Shown piece after piece: positions 49,760-59,887 of a DNA stretch of 64,000 bases. The translations under genes and the position numbers were made by a program. Within the stretch, counting starts at the first letter, position 1. Each line of letters starts with the position of its first letter. The stretch is taken from contig CAWBNQ010000001.1 in the NCBI GenBank assembly GCA_963790205.1, forward strand, positions 608,001 to 672,000, in the 5' to 3' direction. Origin of the DNA: Nitrospirota bacterium. Its GTDB lineage: Bacteria > Nitrospirota > UBA9217. Below the pieces are notes generated by a model. It saw only the letters and a program-made list of their open reading frames with translations. It made no database searches and was not told the DNA's origin.

Positions 49760-50638
49760 TCATTCTTTAAGGTGATCGAGAAAAAGAGAATAGAGGAGCG
49801 GAAGGGCGCGTTTCTTGTGCGTCACCAGGTAAAGCATCCTTTTCATGGGCGGGGCGGCAAGCCGGACTTCCTTCAGGAGCTTGTGTTTGAGCTCTTCCGT
49901 GACGGAGAAGCGCGACAGGATCGTCAACCCCAGGCCCGCCTTGGCAGCTTGCTTGACGGCATCGGTGGAGCCGAAGATGCCGGCCACCTTCACGCTTCCG
50001 CAGGCGACCCCCTGCCCCTCAAGCAGCTTTTCCGCCTCACGCCTGGTTCCCGAGCCTTCTTCCCGCAGAACCATGGGATATCGGCACAGGTCTTTCAGGG
50101 CTATCCTGCTGCTCTTCATGAACGAAGGCGAGGCAACGATGATGAGTTCGTCCTCCAGGAACGGGATATAGTGTATTTGTGCATCGGTGATTTTTGAGCC
50201 CACAATTCCCAGGAGGACGTGATGCGACACCACCTGCTGTACGATCTCCTGTGAGTCCCCGACGCGCACCTGAAAGGATACCTCCGGATGTTTTCGTTTG
50301 AAACCGGACATCAGGGCCGGCAGCAGATAGGTGCCGGGAATGGTGCTCGCGCCTACGATCAACTCACCGGCGACCTCTTTTTTGAGCCGCCCGAGTACGC
50401 TCTTGACGTCCTCGGCCTTTTCGACCAGCTCCAAGGCATGGTTGTATAAGACATCCGCCTCACGGGTGGGAATGATCTTCTTGCCGAGCCGTTCGAACAA
50501 TGTGCAGTTCAATTCGCGCTCAAGTGTCTTGATGTGTTCACTGACGGTCGGCTGGGTCAGATGAAGCTCAATCGACGCTTTGGAAAAGCCCCGGTTCCTG
50601 AACACCGACAAGAATATCCTGAGATGATGCAATTCCAT
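49760..50638 (-). CDS. Selenium-metabolism-associated LysR family regulator
   Basis: FSKASIELHLTQPTVSEHIKTLE; GASTIPGTYLLP; REEGSGTR; GSTDAVKQA; directly upstream of yedF. Confidence 0.9.
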   Translation of the reverse strand: MELHHLRIFLSVFRNRGFSKASIELHLTQPTVSEHIKTLERELNCTLFERLGKKIIPTREADVLYNHALELVEKAEDVKSVLGRLKKEVAGELIVGASTIPGTYLLPALMSGFKRKHPEVSFQVRVGDSQEIVQQVVSHHVLLGIVGSKITDAQIHYIPFLEDELIIVASPSFMKSSRIALKDLCRYPMVLREEGSGTRREAEKLLEGQGVACGSVKVAGIFGSTDAVKQAAKAGLGLTILSRFSVTEELKHKLLKEVRLAAPPMKRMLYLVTHKKRALPLLYSLFLDHLKE

Positions 50639-50741
50639 AGCGTGACAATAGCATCTCTGTACGCTTCAAGTCAATAGAGATAAGAGGGATGGTTCTCTTT
50701 TCAACGCGGTGGTTGTTGACGGGCCGCGCCCTGGGGTTTAA

Positions 50742-51404
50742 ATCTTCCGCGGCGGCTATCGCAATCTGAAGAGCTTCCCGCTTGCGCAGCTTGTCTATGA
50801 CGTGACGGTCCGGTTTTGCGACCGTTACCTCGACAAGCGCAGCCGAACCCGCGATCAGATGGTGCAGGCGGCCAGGAGCGGAGTGCAGAACATCGCCGAG
50901 AGGAGCCAGGCGTCGGCAACTTCCAAGAAAACCGAGCTCAAACTGACCAACGTGGCCCGGGCGAGCCTGAAGGAGCTGCGCCTCGATTACGAGGATTTTC
51001 TGCGGCGGCGCGAGCTGCAGAAGTGGGAGCCGGACCACCCGGCTTTCAAGCGCTTCAAGGCGAAGCGTTGTTCCTCTTGGAGGATGTGCGGGCCTGGGTG
51101 GAGGAAGAACAAAATCACACGGACAAGAAAGAGCTCACAGGGGGACAAAAGCACACGGACAAACAAAGACAAACACGGACTGACACGGAAAAAAAACAAA
51201 AGTCAGGTGTCCGTGGCTGTCGGTGCAAATCCGTGCCGGTCCCTGTCAGAATCCACGCTGGTGGCCAATGCCGTGCTTTCGCGTTTTGAACTTGTGCTGC
51301 TACTTGCTTGATCGACAGATAGAGGCACAGGCAAAAGCTTTTGAAACAAAAGGCGGTTTCGCGGAGAGGCTGTATCGGGTAAGGAGCGCTAGAAGGAAAA
51401 GATG
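50742..51404 (+). pseudogene. Four-helix-bundle (IVP-like, suffix-domain type) protein pseudogene
   Basis: GGYRNLKSF…RTRDQMVQAARSGVQNIAE…LTNVARASLKELRLDYEDFLR and, in another frame, YLLDRQIEAQ…GGFAERLYRVR; upstream in-frame TAA with no start codon; frameshifts. Confidence 0.75.
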
Positions 51405-51428
51405 AGGATGGCCTTTTCCTCATTGGAA

Positions 51429-52484
51429 TCAAGAAGGAACTGAAGGCTTTTCAATAATCCCTCCGCCCACGACAACTTCCCCATCATAAAACACGGCGGC
51501 CTGGCCCGGACAAACTCCGGGAACCGGTTTCTCAAAGATGACATGAACGCTGTTTGCGGTCAATGGTTCGATAGAGGCGGAGACAAAAGAGGAGCGGTAC
51601 CGGATTTTGACCGTAATGTTCATCCGATCTCGGAGTTCATTGACAGCGATAAAGTTCGGGTCCGACACCATCATCCCGCTGGTTTCAAGCTCGGACAGCC
51701 TCCCGAGTACGATCCTGTTCGTCTCCCGTTCAACTCTCACAACATAGAGCCGCTCCCCGGCAGCCACCCCGAGCTTCCTTCGCTGTCCCACGGTGAAGAA
51801 CGCGATGCCGTCGTGTTTGCCCACGACTTTTCCGTCGGCCATGACTATCTCGCCGGACCGAAGGACCCCGGGCGCGTGCTCCTTCAGGAACGAGCGGTAG
51901 TTATTGTCCGGAACGAAACAAATCTCCTGGCTCTCAGGCCGCTCGGCTGCGGGAAGGGCGCGCTCGCGCGCAAGCGTTCTCACTTCGGCTTTTCGTAATC
52001 CTCCGAGCGGAAAAAGGATGTGCGCCATTTGTTCCTGGGTCAAGCGGTACAGGAAGTAGCTCTGGTCCTTGCCAGCGTCGATTCCCTTTTTAAGAAGAAA
52101 GCGGGATGTGGATTGATCCTGTTCGATACGTGCGTAGTGGCCCGTGGCGAGATAATCAAATCCGTTCGAGCGGGTATAATCCAAAAGCAGCTGAAATTTG
52201 ACGAGGTCGTTGCACTTGATGCAGGGGTTCGGAGTACGGCCGCGACGGTATTCCGAAATAAAATTCTGAACAACGACCTGAGAAAACTCGGTCTGCGCGT
52301 CGATCATGCGGTGCGGAATGCCGAGGCGCCGGCACACGGCCTGCGCGGAGCCGATGTCGCAGCACAGCCCGGCCGTGAGTTTCATGGTCGCGCCTTCGAC
52401 AATGAATCCCTGGTTCTGAAGGAGTGCTGCGGCAACGGAGCTGTCCACTCCGCCGCTCATGGCTACAAGAACGCGCTTTTTCAT
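51429..52484 (-). CDS. mnmA: tRNA-specific 2-thiouridylase MnmA
   Basis: AMSGGVDSS, GLCCD, TPNPCIKCN, ATGHY, KDQSYFL, ESQEICF, TVGQRR, PGQAAVFY. Confidence 0.95.
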   Translation of the reverse strand: MKKRVLVAMSGGVDSSVAAALLQNQGFIVEGATMKLTAGLCCDIGSAQAVCRRLGIPHRMIDAQTEFSQVVVQNFISEYRRGRTPNPCIKCNDLVKFQLLLDYTRSNGFDYLATGHYARIEQDQSTSRFLLKKGIDAGKDQSYFLYRLTQEQMAHILFPLGGLRKAEVRTLARERALPAAERPESQEICFVPDNNYRSFLKEHAPGVLRSGEIVMADGKVVGKHDGIAFFTVGQRRKLGVAAGERLYVVRVERETNRIVLGRLSELETSGMMVSDPNFIAVNELRDRMNITVKIRYRSSFVSASIEPLTANSVHVIFEKPVPGVCPGQAAVFYDGEVVVGGGIIEKPSVPS

Positions 52485-52711
52485 AAGAACCCGACCCGGA
52501 CAGGCGGGGACCAAAAGAAGTCTCCCGCGCCCTGCACTCGCGCTCGCCCTGCATTCGCGTAAACACTCATAAGCGCTGGGTGCAGGCAAAGCCCGCAAAG
52601 GACGCCAAGAACGCCTTTAAGTCCCGGCTTTAAAATACGAATGCTTTAGCCTTTCTTTGCGAGCTTGGCGTCGTTGCGAGGAATGATTTTTCGCCTTGAC
52701 TTCAGGTTTAT

Positions 52712-53428
52712 CTATGCCTTATTCCACTTCAACGCCAGCAGCATAACTGAGCCAAGCATGAACAATGTTCCCCCGACGAGGGCCCATGGCGCGCCGGGGT
52801 CCCTGGCAATAAGCAGGATGGCCGCCTGCCCGCGGTCGAAGTTCAGGTCCTTGAGGTAGATCCCGGTCCCGCCGTAGAACAGAGGGGCGTTCGGTCCGAG
52901 CGTGCCGCTCTTCACGAGTTGATTGTGCTCGTATAATGATACGTCCGCAGACCAGTCTGTCATGTAACCGTTCTTGTCAGTTTGCGCGCGGACCTCACGG
53001 AGCAGTAATGCCCTGTCCTCGGGAAGTCGAGCAATGGCGCCCTGGGGCATCATACCCGAAAGCTTGTATCCCCACCCTGCGCCGAGCAGATGCGCAAGCA
53101 GAATGAAAAGAAAGCCGAGGTGGATGATTTGCGGCGAGATGCGCGGCAGAAAGTCCGCGCGCGTCCAGTTGCCCTTGACGGCCTGGATGCCGCAGACCAG
53201 CGTGTTGACCGTAAGCAGCGCGAGAGCCGCTACGGCGGCGAAGAACCACCCTGTGTACCACGGGTTGCCCCACGCCGTATGCTCGACCCATCGGAAGAGA
53301 ATATCATCGTTCATCCGGGCAAAGACCTCGGGGTGCGCCGGCATCATATACGAGCCGATGAAGAACAGAACGACGAGCGCCAAGAGCGTCCAGACCGTTG
53401 TCTTGAGTGAGAGGAAAAAGTTTTTCAT
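52712..53428 (-). CDS. resB: Cytochrome c biogenesis protein, ResB/Ccs1-like (short form)
   Basis: FFLSLKTTVW, LTVNTLVC, IIHLGFLFILLAH, PNAPL, RDPG; adjacent to ccsA. Confidence 0.75.
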   Translation of the reverse strand: MKNFFLSLKTTVWTLLALVVLFFIGSYMMPAHPEVFARMNDDILFRWVEHTAWGNPWYTGWFFAAVAALALLTVNTLVCGIQAVKGNWTRADFLPRISPQIIHLGFLFILLAHLLGAGWGYKLSGMMPQGAIARLPEDRALLLREVRAQTDKNGYMTDWSADVSLYEHNQLVKSGTLGPNAPLFYGGTGIYLKDLNFDRGQAAILLIARDPGAPWALVGGTLFMLGSVMLLALKWNKA

Positions 53429-53506
53429 ACAGTAAGTAAATTCACCGCGAGTCCGATTTTCTACGCGACTCCGCGTCTTCGTGGTCCACTCTGCGCGGAC
53501 TTGTCC

Positions 53507-54208
53507 TCAGAATGCATGCGAGCTCTTCATCAAGAGCCCCACGCCTGCGTAGGTGAACATCACGATCGCGAACCCGATGATCCCCATCCAGACGACCTTC
53601 GGGCCGGTCCACCCGCGCACGAGCCGCGCGTGAAGATAGAGGCTGTAGAAGAACCAGACGATGGTGGTCCAGAGCTCCTTCGGGGTCCAGAGCCAGTAAG
53701 CGCCCCAGGCAAGGTACGCCCAGATGCCGCCGAAGATCATTGCCGTTGAAAAAAGCACGTAGCCGAGAAGCAGGCTCCGGTATTGGTTGACCTCCGCGCG
53801 CTGCTCATGGGTAGAAAGAGAAAGTATCCCGAAGACAGCTCCGATCGCAAACAGCGCATAGGACAGAAATGACAGGACCACATGAAGCTCGAACCAGAGG
53901 GTTTTGAGCACCGGCGGAAGGGCCCCGGGCATGGACGGAGATGCAACGGAGCCGACGAGAAAAAGGACGATCAGCGGCACCGTAATATATGAAAAAAGAT
54001 CGCGCTTACGGTTCCACCCCGCAACCACGGAGACGAGGCCGATGGAGAAGGCAAGGAAACCGAGCGTGTCGTGGAGGCCGACGAGCGGAATTCTGCCGAA
54101 GTTCAGCGCCGTGTAAAGGATGAAGCCCGCGTGCAGCACGAGCGCCGGAAGCATCAGGCGGAGGCGGCGCAGGCCGATAAGATACAGTATGATGAGGACG
54201 GGTTCCAT
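53507..54208 (-). CDS. ccsA: Cytochrome c biogenesis protein CcsA/ResC
   Basis: WFELHV, GGIWAYLAWGAYWLWTPKELW (WWD domain), YLH, C-terminal HAF. Confidence 0.9.
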   Translation of the reverse strand: MEPVLIILYLIGLRRLRLMLPALVLHAGFILYTALNFGRIPLVGLHDTLGFLAFSIGLVSVVAGWNRKRDLFSYITVPLIVLFLVGSVASPSMPGALPPVLKTLWFELHVVLSFLSYALFAIGAVFGILSLSTHEQRAEVNQYRSLLLGYVLFSTAMIFGGIWAYLAWGAYWLWTPKELWTTIVWFFYSLYLHARLVRGWTGPKVVWMGIIGFAIVMFTYAGVGLLMKSSHAF

Positions 54209-54264
54209 TAATACCGTTACCACTTCGAGAAAATTCGCGGCCGCTCAGCCGGGTCCTGTCCAGA

Positions 54265-54302
54265 CAGCAAAGGCATTCCGGAAGACCGGAATGCCTTTGC
54301 TG
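54265..54302. terminator. 17-bp hairpin downstream of the HU gene
   Basis: CAGCAAAGGCATTCCGG-AAGA-CCGGAATGCCTTTGCTG. Confidence 0.7.
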
Positions 54303-54326
54303 ATTTCCTGATTGCCGGATAAAAAA

Positions 54327-54614
54327 CTACTTCTTGCCGAGGATAGCCTCTTTTGCGGCCTTGGCTACGCGGAACTTTACGACTTTCTTGGCCGGGATCT
54401 TGATGGCCTCGCCGGTCTGCGGGTTCCGGCCCATGCGCGCCTTGCGCTGCACGAGCACGAGCTTGCCGAGTCCGGGGAGCGTGAACGCGTTCTTCGCTTC
54501 CTTGTACGCGAGCGCCGCCATGTCTTCCAGGATCTGCACCGCCAACTTCTTCTTGATGTCCGCCTTCTTCGCAATGTGGTCCGCAATCTGAGACTTCGTC
54601 ATGGCTTTTGCCAT
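54327..54614 (-). CDS. hup: HU family DNA-binding protein
   Basis: TAAGGAGG SD; MTKSQI, LPGLGKL, ARMGRNPQTGEAIKIPAKKVVKF. Confidence 0.95.
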   Translation of the reverse strand: MAKAMTKSQIADHIAKKADIKKKLAVQILEDMAALAYKEAKNAFTLPGLGKLVLVQRKARMGRNPQTGEAIKIPAKKVVKFRVAKAAKEAILGKK

Positions 54615-55085
54615 AAGACTTTCCTCCTTAAAAAAATTAATTAAAAAAATTCTAACCGCCCAAGGCAGATTAGGTGTGCTATTCGAAGCAAAGTATATAC
54701 ACTCTAAAATAAAATAGCAAGAGAATTTTTTTAAAAGGGCGCCTTTTTTCAGGGTATTTTCAGGGTATTGGACGCGGAAGGCGAGCGGAGCTGCTTTGCA
54801 TGAGAACCCCGGCGCCGAAAGAACGTCAAAGGTAGCATCGATAAAAATAGTTGGACTTTTTTTAAACGACGAGGCGACCGGATTCAACGCTTCTATTCCG
54901 GCGGATACGGCCCGTACCTATCTTGATTGATATTCATTTTCCCTTCAGTGCGCCGCTGCTCGTCGCGACATCGACTCCGCATGTGATCTGTCCTCCAGTG
55001 ATGGAGGCGAATTTCAGTCGGGTGTACGAACCGGATCCACAAGACCTGATAATCGCGTCAGCCCTCGGCCTATGCCCCTAAAAAA

Positions 55086-55739
55086 TTAAGCATCAAGCGA
55101 GGTCAGGCCCGCTCGAATGGCGTATTTGGTTAGCTCGGCGATGGTGTGGATGTCGAGTTTTTTCATGATCTGCTGTCGGAACGTCTCGACGGTTTTCGCG
55201 CTTACGCTGAGTTTGGCCGCGACTTCACGGGTGCTTTTTCCTTCCGCGAGGAGCTGGAGCACCTCCCGCTCCCGGGCCGTAAGCGCGGAGAACACCGAGA
55301 GGTTCTTTTTCGGGAAGAGCTTGACGTAGTCCTTGATCATGGTGTCCGACAGTTTTGAGCTCAGGTATGCCTTCTGGGAGGACACGGCGCGGATGGCGTG
55401 TATCAGTTCTTCGAACGCGCAGTCCTTCAGCAGATAACCCGCGGCGCCGGCCTTGAACATCTCCACGATGAAGTTCCTGTCCGCGTGCATCGAGAGGGCG
55501 ATCACCTTGATGCCCGGGCTGTCCGCCGCAATCCGGCGCGTCGCGTCGATGCCGTTCAAGCCCGGCATCGAGATGTCCATGACGATGATGTGGGGCGACA
55601 GCTCGGCCGCCAGCCGCACCGCGGACCTTCCGTCTTCCGCCTCCGCAACTACGGTCATGTTCCGCTGTTCCTCGATTAAAGCGCGGAGGCCCTCGCGCAG
55701 CAGCTTATGGTCGTCGGCGAGGAGAATTCTTATGCCCAT
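55086..55739 (-). CDS. NarL/LuxR family response regulator
   Basis: ILLADDH, MDISMPGLNG, GYLLK, LTAREREVLQLLAEGKS HTH. Confidence 0.95.
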   Translation of the reverse strand: MGIRILLADDHKLLREGLRALIEEQRNMTVVAEAEDGRSAVRLAAELSPHIIVMDISMPGLNGIDATRRIAADSPGIKVIALSMHADRNFIVEMFKAGAAGYLLKDCAFEELIHAIRAVSSQKAYLSSKLSDTMIKDYVKLFPKKNLSVFSALTAREREVLQLLAEGKSTREVAAKLSVSAKTVETFRQQIMKKLDIHTIAELTKYAIRAGLTSLDA

Positions 55740-55765
55740 GACGTTCCTTTCCTGGTGCCTGATTT

Positions 55766-57625
55766 TTATTTGAGCGGCGTTGCCAGGACCACTTTTGTCC
55801 CGGCTCCCGGCCTGGATGCGATTTCGCAACACCCGTCTGACTGCTTCAACCGCCGGCGGATCGTGAACAGTCCGAATCCTCCGTTTTTTTCCGCGACCGT
55901 TGCCGGGTCGAACCCGATGCCGTTGTCCTCGACGGAAACTTTCATGAGCTCGCTCGTTCGTGAAATGGATATTTTCACGCTGCTCGCCTGTGAATGCTTG
56001 ACAATATTCATCAGCAGTTCGCGCACGCTCCGGAAGAGAAGGTAGCGGGTGTCGTCATCAGGCTGCCCGGTCCGGCCGTCATCCGCAACGCTGATCGGTA
56101 TCTTGTGCGTTTTTTGAAAACCTTCGGCAAGAGACTCCACGGCGGCCTGAAAGCCGATTTCAAGCAGCACGGGGGGGCTGAGTTCCACGGTTAACGATCT
56201 CGTATACTGGATGGTCTGCCGGATAAGTTCGCGGATTTCTTCCACGTGCCTGATAAGTCCCGGAGAAGGGAGCGTCTTTCGCAGCGCCGCCAGCCTGAAT
56301 TGCGTGAGCACCAGGTTCTGGCCGACAAAATCGTGAAGGTCCGCGGCGATAAGATGCCGTTCCCGCTCCTCGATCTGCGACTCCATCGATGACATTTCCA
56401 GGGCCGTCGCGCGCAGTTCCCGCTGATATGCCAGGATCTTCTCTTCCATGCCCCGGTGTTCGGTTATGTCCTGCGCGACGCCGACGTAACAGGCAGTCTG
56501 TCCCGCCTCGTCCTGCACAGGATATCCGCGGTCCCATATCAACCGGAGGGACCCCTCGGGCCGAATGATCCGGTATTCCGCCTCATATAACTGCCCGAGC
56601 CTCTTGCGCTCAAGAGCGACCAGCACCCGGTCCCTGTCTTCCCCGTGGATGGCATCGAGGAAGGACCGGGGATGTTCGTACAGGCTCTCCGGGGAACGCC
56701 CCCAAACGCGCTCGTACCCCGGGCTTACGTAGACCATCTTTGTCGTCTCGACATTGGAAATCCAAAAGACCTCTTTAATGGTTTCCGCGATCAACCTGAA
56801 GCGCTGCTCGCTTTGCCGGAGCGCGTTCTCGGCCCGCCCGCGCGCAACGACCATGGCATTGAAGGCCGAGGCGAGGTTCCCGACTTCATCGGCTGTTTCA
56901 GCCGGCGCCTGCTCGACGGGCAACCCCTTTTCGAGGGCCTTCACGCTCTGGGTCAGCTTTTTGAGCGGCCCGGTGATCTTTTTTACCGCAAGATAGATAA
57001 TGACGACACTGGAGAAGATGAAGACCAGCATGATAACGGCGTTTCGGATCAACAGCGCGAGGATTTCCTTATAATAGGAGTCCTTGCTCAAGATGACCCT
57101 TACATAGCCGATGACCTTTTCCGACCCGTTCTCGACCGCGTCGCCGAAATAAAGCGACTCATTCGCTTTTGAAACGGATTTGATCATGACGGGACTTACA
57201 ACTTCAAAGGTGCGGGCTGTTTCAAGAACGCTTGTCGGCGTGGCGGCCCCCAGGCCCAGTATGCTGTTCTCGCGGAGCGGTGAAGTTTCTTTTGCGGAAA
57301 GCGTCTTGCTTTTAGCATAGATGATTTTTAAACGGGCATTATAAATCGAGATCGAGACAACGTCCTTCAGGCCCAGAGCGCCTTCCGCGGCATTCTCCAG
57401 CATTTTCCCGTTTTCCGCGAATACCCCCACCACGGCGCCGTGGGCGAGGAGTTCGGAAAGCATTTCGCCTTGTTCTCTCAGGCCCGCCTTTGCCTTGTTG
57501 CTTTCATGGACCACGGCAAACAGCGTGAACGCCGAAAGCACGACGACGATGACGACGATGAAAGAGGCAAGCATCTTGAGGCCGAAGCTTTCTCTGAGGG
57601 AAAAACGGAATTTATTAATCATCAT
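55766..57625 (-). CDS. Sensor histidine kinase (TM-periplasmic-TM-HAMP-PAS-HisKA_3-HATPase)
   Basis: ERERHLIAADLHDFVGQNL, ELLMNIVKHS, DNGIGF, GFGLFTI; start overlaps the stop of the upstream SBP gene. Confidence 0.92.
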   Translation of the reverse strand: MMINKFRFSLRESFGLKMLASFIVVIVVVLSAFTLFAVVHESNKAKAGLREQGEMLSELLAHGAVVGVFAENGKMLENAAEGALGLKDVVSISIYNARLKIIYAKSKTLSAKETSPLRENSILGLGAATPTSVLETARTFEVVSPVMIKSVSKANESLYFGDAVENGSEKVIGYVRVILSKDSYYKEILALLIRNAVIMLVFIFSSVVIIYLAVKKITGPLKKLTQSVKALEKGLPVEQAPAETADEVGNLASAFNAMVVARGRAENALRQSEQRFRLIAETIKEVFWISNVETTKMVYVSPGYERVWGRSPESLYEHPRSFLDAIHGEDRDRVLVALERKRLGQLYEAEYRIIRPEGSLRLIWDRGYPVQDEAGQTACYVGVAQDITEHRGMEEKILAYQRELRATALEMSSMESQIEERERHLIAADLHDFVGQNLVLTQFRLAALRKTLPSPGLIRHVEEIRELIRQTIQYTRSLTVELSPPVLLEIGFQAAVESLAEGFQKTHKIPISVADDGRTGQPDDDTRYLLFRSVRELLMNIVKHSQASSVKISISRTSELMKVSVEDNGIGFDPATVAEKNGGFGLFTIRRRLKQSDGCCEIASRPGAGTKVVLATPLK

Positions 57626-58556
57626 TTCCCGCCTTTTTGATGATATCATCCCTGATCTTGAGGCCCATCTTCGCCGCCACCTTTGAGTTGACCGCGAGGT
57701 GCGACGCGCGCGCCCACACGCGAATTGCGCCCGTCTTGCCCGTTGACAGCTTGTTGACGATTTCGCCGGCCTGGGCCCCCATATCGTAAGGGTCCACATC
57801 CAGGGCCGCCACCGCGCCCATCTCGACATATTTTTTGGAAAAGGAGAAGATCGGCACGCTGTTCTGAAAGGAAAAATGAAGCAGATAGTCCACCGCTTCG
57901 GCCGCGGCGATGGTCTCATCGGGGACCATCCAGAAAATGTCTACGGTACCGCGCATCTTGTCCAAAAGACCGGGTATTTCGCGGGGGTCCCGCACCTGTT
58001 TGTCCACCAGCTCAAGGCCTGCGGCACGCGCGGCCGCTGCCGCTTCTGCCACGAACGCCGCGGTGTGCCGCGGGTCGTACAAGAGCCCGATTTTCTTCGC
58101 CTTGGGAAACAGTTCCTTCATCGTGGATATATAGGTCTCGGGGGAGATGTCCATGCTCACTCCCGACATGTTGGGGCGCAGTGAGAGAGCGGCCTCCGAC
58201 GGCATCACCATGGCGTAGACCACCGGCAGGCCTTCAAGCGCCCTCACTTTTTTAAAAGCGGTCGTTCCGATAGCGAAGACCGCATCGGGCGACTCCTGAA
58301 GGACCGCCCCGCTCCCCTCGTTTTCCTCCAGCGTTAATTCCTGCGCGTCACATTTGCAGGCGTCTCTGAAGCCCCGGAGCGCGTCTTGATACGGCCTTAA
58401 CTCGGCGCTTTTAACGACGATTACCTTGAATGCATCAGCGGAAAAGGGAAAAAAAGCGGTGAGCGCGGAAAGCGCACCAAGAGCGAAGAGAAAAACTAAA
58501 GTGCGCGATCGAATATTTCGGCAGAGGGGGTACATAAATGGCACGTGGGCTCTCAT
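57615..58556 (-). CDS. ABC-type periplasmic substrate-binding protein (ABC_sub_bind type), orphan, kinase-associated
   Basis: Signal segment; AIGTTA, PVVYAMV, SGVSM, IGLLYDP, WMVPD, YVEMGA, MGAQAG; start may be 58535. Confidence 0.82.
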   Translation of the reverse strand: MRAHVPFMYPLCRNIRSRTLVFLFALGALSALTAFFPFSADAFKVIVVKSAELRPYQDALRGFRDACKCDAQELTLEENEGSGAVLQESPDAVFAIGTTAFKKVRALEGLPVVYAMVMPSEAALSLRPNMSGVSMDISPETYISTMKELFPKAKKIGLLYDPRHTAAFVAEAAAAARAAGLELVDKQVRDPREIPGLLDKMRGTVDIFWMVPDETIAAAEAVDYLLHFSFQNSVPIFSFSKKYVEMGAVAALDVDPYDMGAQAGEIVNKLSTGKTGAIRVWARASHLAVNSKVAAKMGLKIRDDIIKKAGNDD

Positions 58557-58566
58557 GTCCGTTGCG

Positions 58567-59856
58567 CTACAAATCGTATTTGATGTCCTGGGCCACAAAT
58601 TGGGCAAGCGTTTTGTCGAAATACTCTTTGCGGCAATTAATTCCGCGCATAGTGTCGTCATGCAGCAGTTTCATGTAACCGCAGCCTCCGAAGCAGAGCG
58701 GCAGGTACGCGCACGCAAGGCATTTTTTGTTCTTCCATTTTCCGACCTGATGTGTCTTCTGGTAGTCATGTATTCCCGTTTTGAGGGAGCCCGCGCAGTA
58801 TCTTTTTCTCCCCACCAGACCCGGGCATTTATACAATGTCCCGTCGTAGTTCACGACGAGATTGTCCCGCTGCTCCACGGCGCAGACCGAGGGCACGAGC
58901 TTCTGCGTGGAAAAACCGCGCTTCAGTATTTCCTCACGGAGATAGAGGCTTGCAGCGCGAAGCCATGGTTCAGTTACGGAGCTGCAGCCGTCATGAAAAT
59001 CAGGCATCGCAAATTTTTTGCTCTCTTGAAAGACAGGAGCGAATTCAACAGAAGCAATTTTATCAGGACCGAGACCATTCCTGAGCAGATAATCAAGCAG
59101 CCCGGGAAATTCCCGGTAACGCTCCCGCGTATAATTGCCGCCGATATGCACATCAATCAAAGAGCAGACGTTCTTGATGTTTCTGACGATCGTATCGAAT
59201 GAGCCCGTGCCGGCCCTGAAGGGCCGGAACAGGTCGTGAAGTTCTTTGGATCCATCGAGGGTGGTGCTCGCGGACCTGAGGCCGAACGGTTTTAATTTTT
59301 TAACTATCTGAGGTGTAAGCAGCGTGCCGTTCGTGGTCAGGGTAAAGCTGAAGGCTATCCCTTGCTTTTGCGCAAGGGCTCGGATGTCTTTTGATATTCG
59401 GACGATCGTATCCATGCTCAGAAGCGGTTCGCCGCCGTAAAAGACAAGATTGATCTCTTGTTGGTTTTTAATGATGCCGGACTTTATAAAATCAACGAAA
59501 TCACCCGCTGTTTCCTCGGACAGGTAATGCTTGCCTTTTCTCTTGCCCTCGTAGCAGTACGTGCACCCGAGATTGCAGTCGAGGTTAAGTATTATGATGG
59601 CGGTGAACGTTTCATTTTCTGCGTTCAGCTCATCAACGTACCCGAGCAGTTCACGCGATTCAGCCTCGCGGCTCTTCACGAGAAAACCGAGTTCCGTCAG
59701 CGTTTTTTTCTCATTCTTCGGCAACCGGCCTTTTTCTATATCCTGAAGAACTGCCGGCGTGACTTCCACGGCTGCCATTGTCACGGTTGAAAAAAGCGTG
59801 ACCTTTTTCGGGTCATCGGGTAAGCGATATATTTTACAATATCGTGAAAGTGGCAT
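58567..59856 (-). CDS. Radical SAM/SPASM peptide maturase (geopeptide/GeoRSP-like)
   Basis: CNLGCTYC; FYGGEPLL; TTNGTLL; SPASM cysteines C…YKC…CLACAYLPLCFGGC…C; short N-terminal RRE-like region. Confidence 0.9.
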   Translation of the reverse strand: MPLSRYCKIYRLPDDPKKVTLFSTVTMAAVEVTPAVLQDIEKGRLPKNEKKTLTELGFLVKSREAESRELLGYVDELNAENETFTAIIILNLDCNLGCTYCYEGKRKGKHYLSEETAGDFVDFIKSGIIKNQQEINLVFYGGEPLLSMDTIVRISKDIRALAQKQGIAFSFTLTTNGTLLTPQIVKKLKPFGLRSASTTLDGSKELHDLFRPFRAGTGSFDTIVRNIKNVCSLIDVHIGGNYTRERYREFPGLLDYLLRNGLGPDKIASVEFAPVFQESKKFAMPDFHDGCSSVTEPWLRAASLYLREEILKRGFSTQKLVPSVCAVEQRDNLVVNYDGTLYKCPGLVGRKRYCAGSLKTGIHDYQKTHQVGKWKNKKCLACAYLPLCFGGCGYMKLLHDDTMRGINCRKEYFDKTLAQFVAQDIKYDL

Positions 59857-59887
59857 GGTTGTTCAACGAATAACGGGGTAAAACCAT

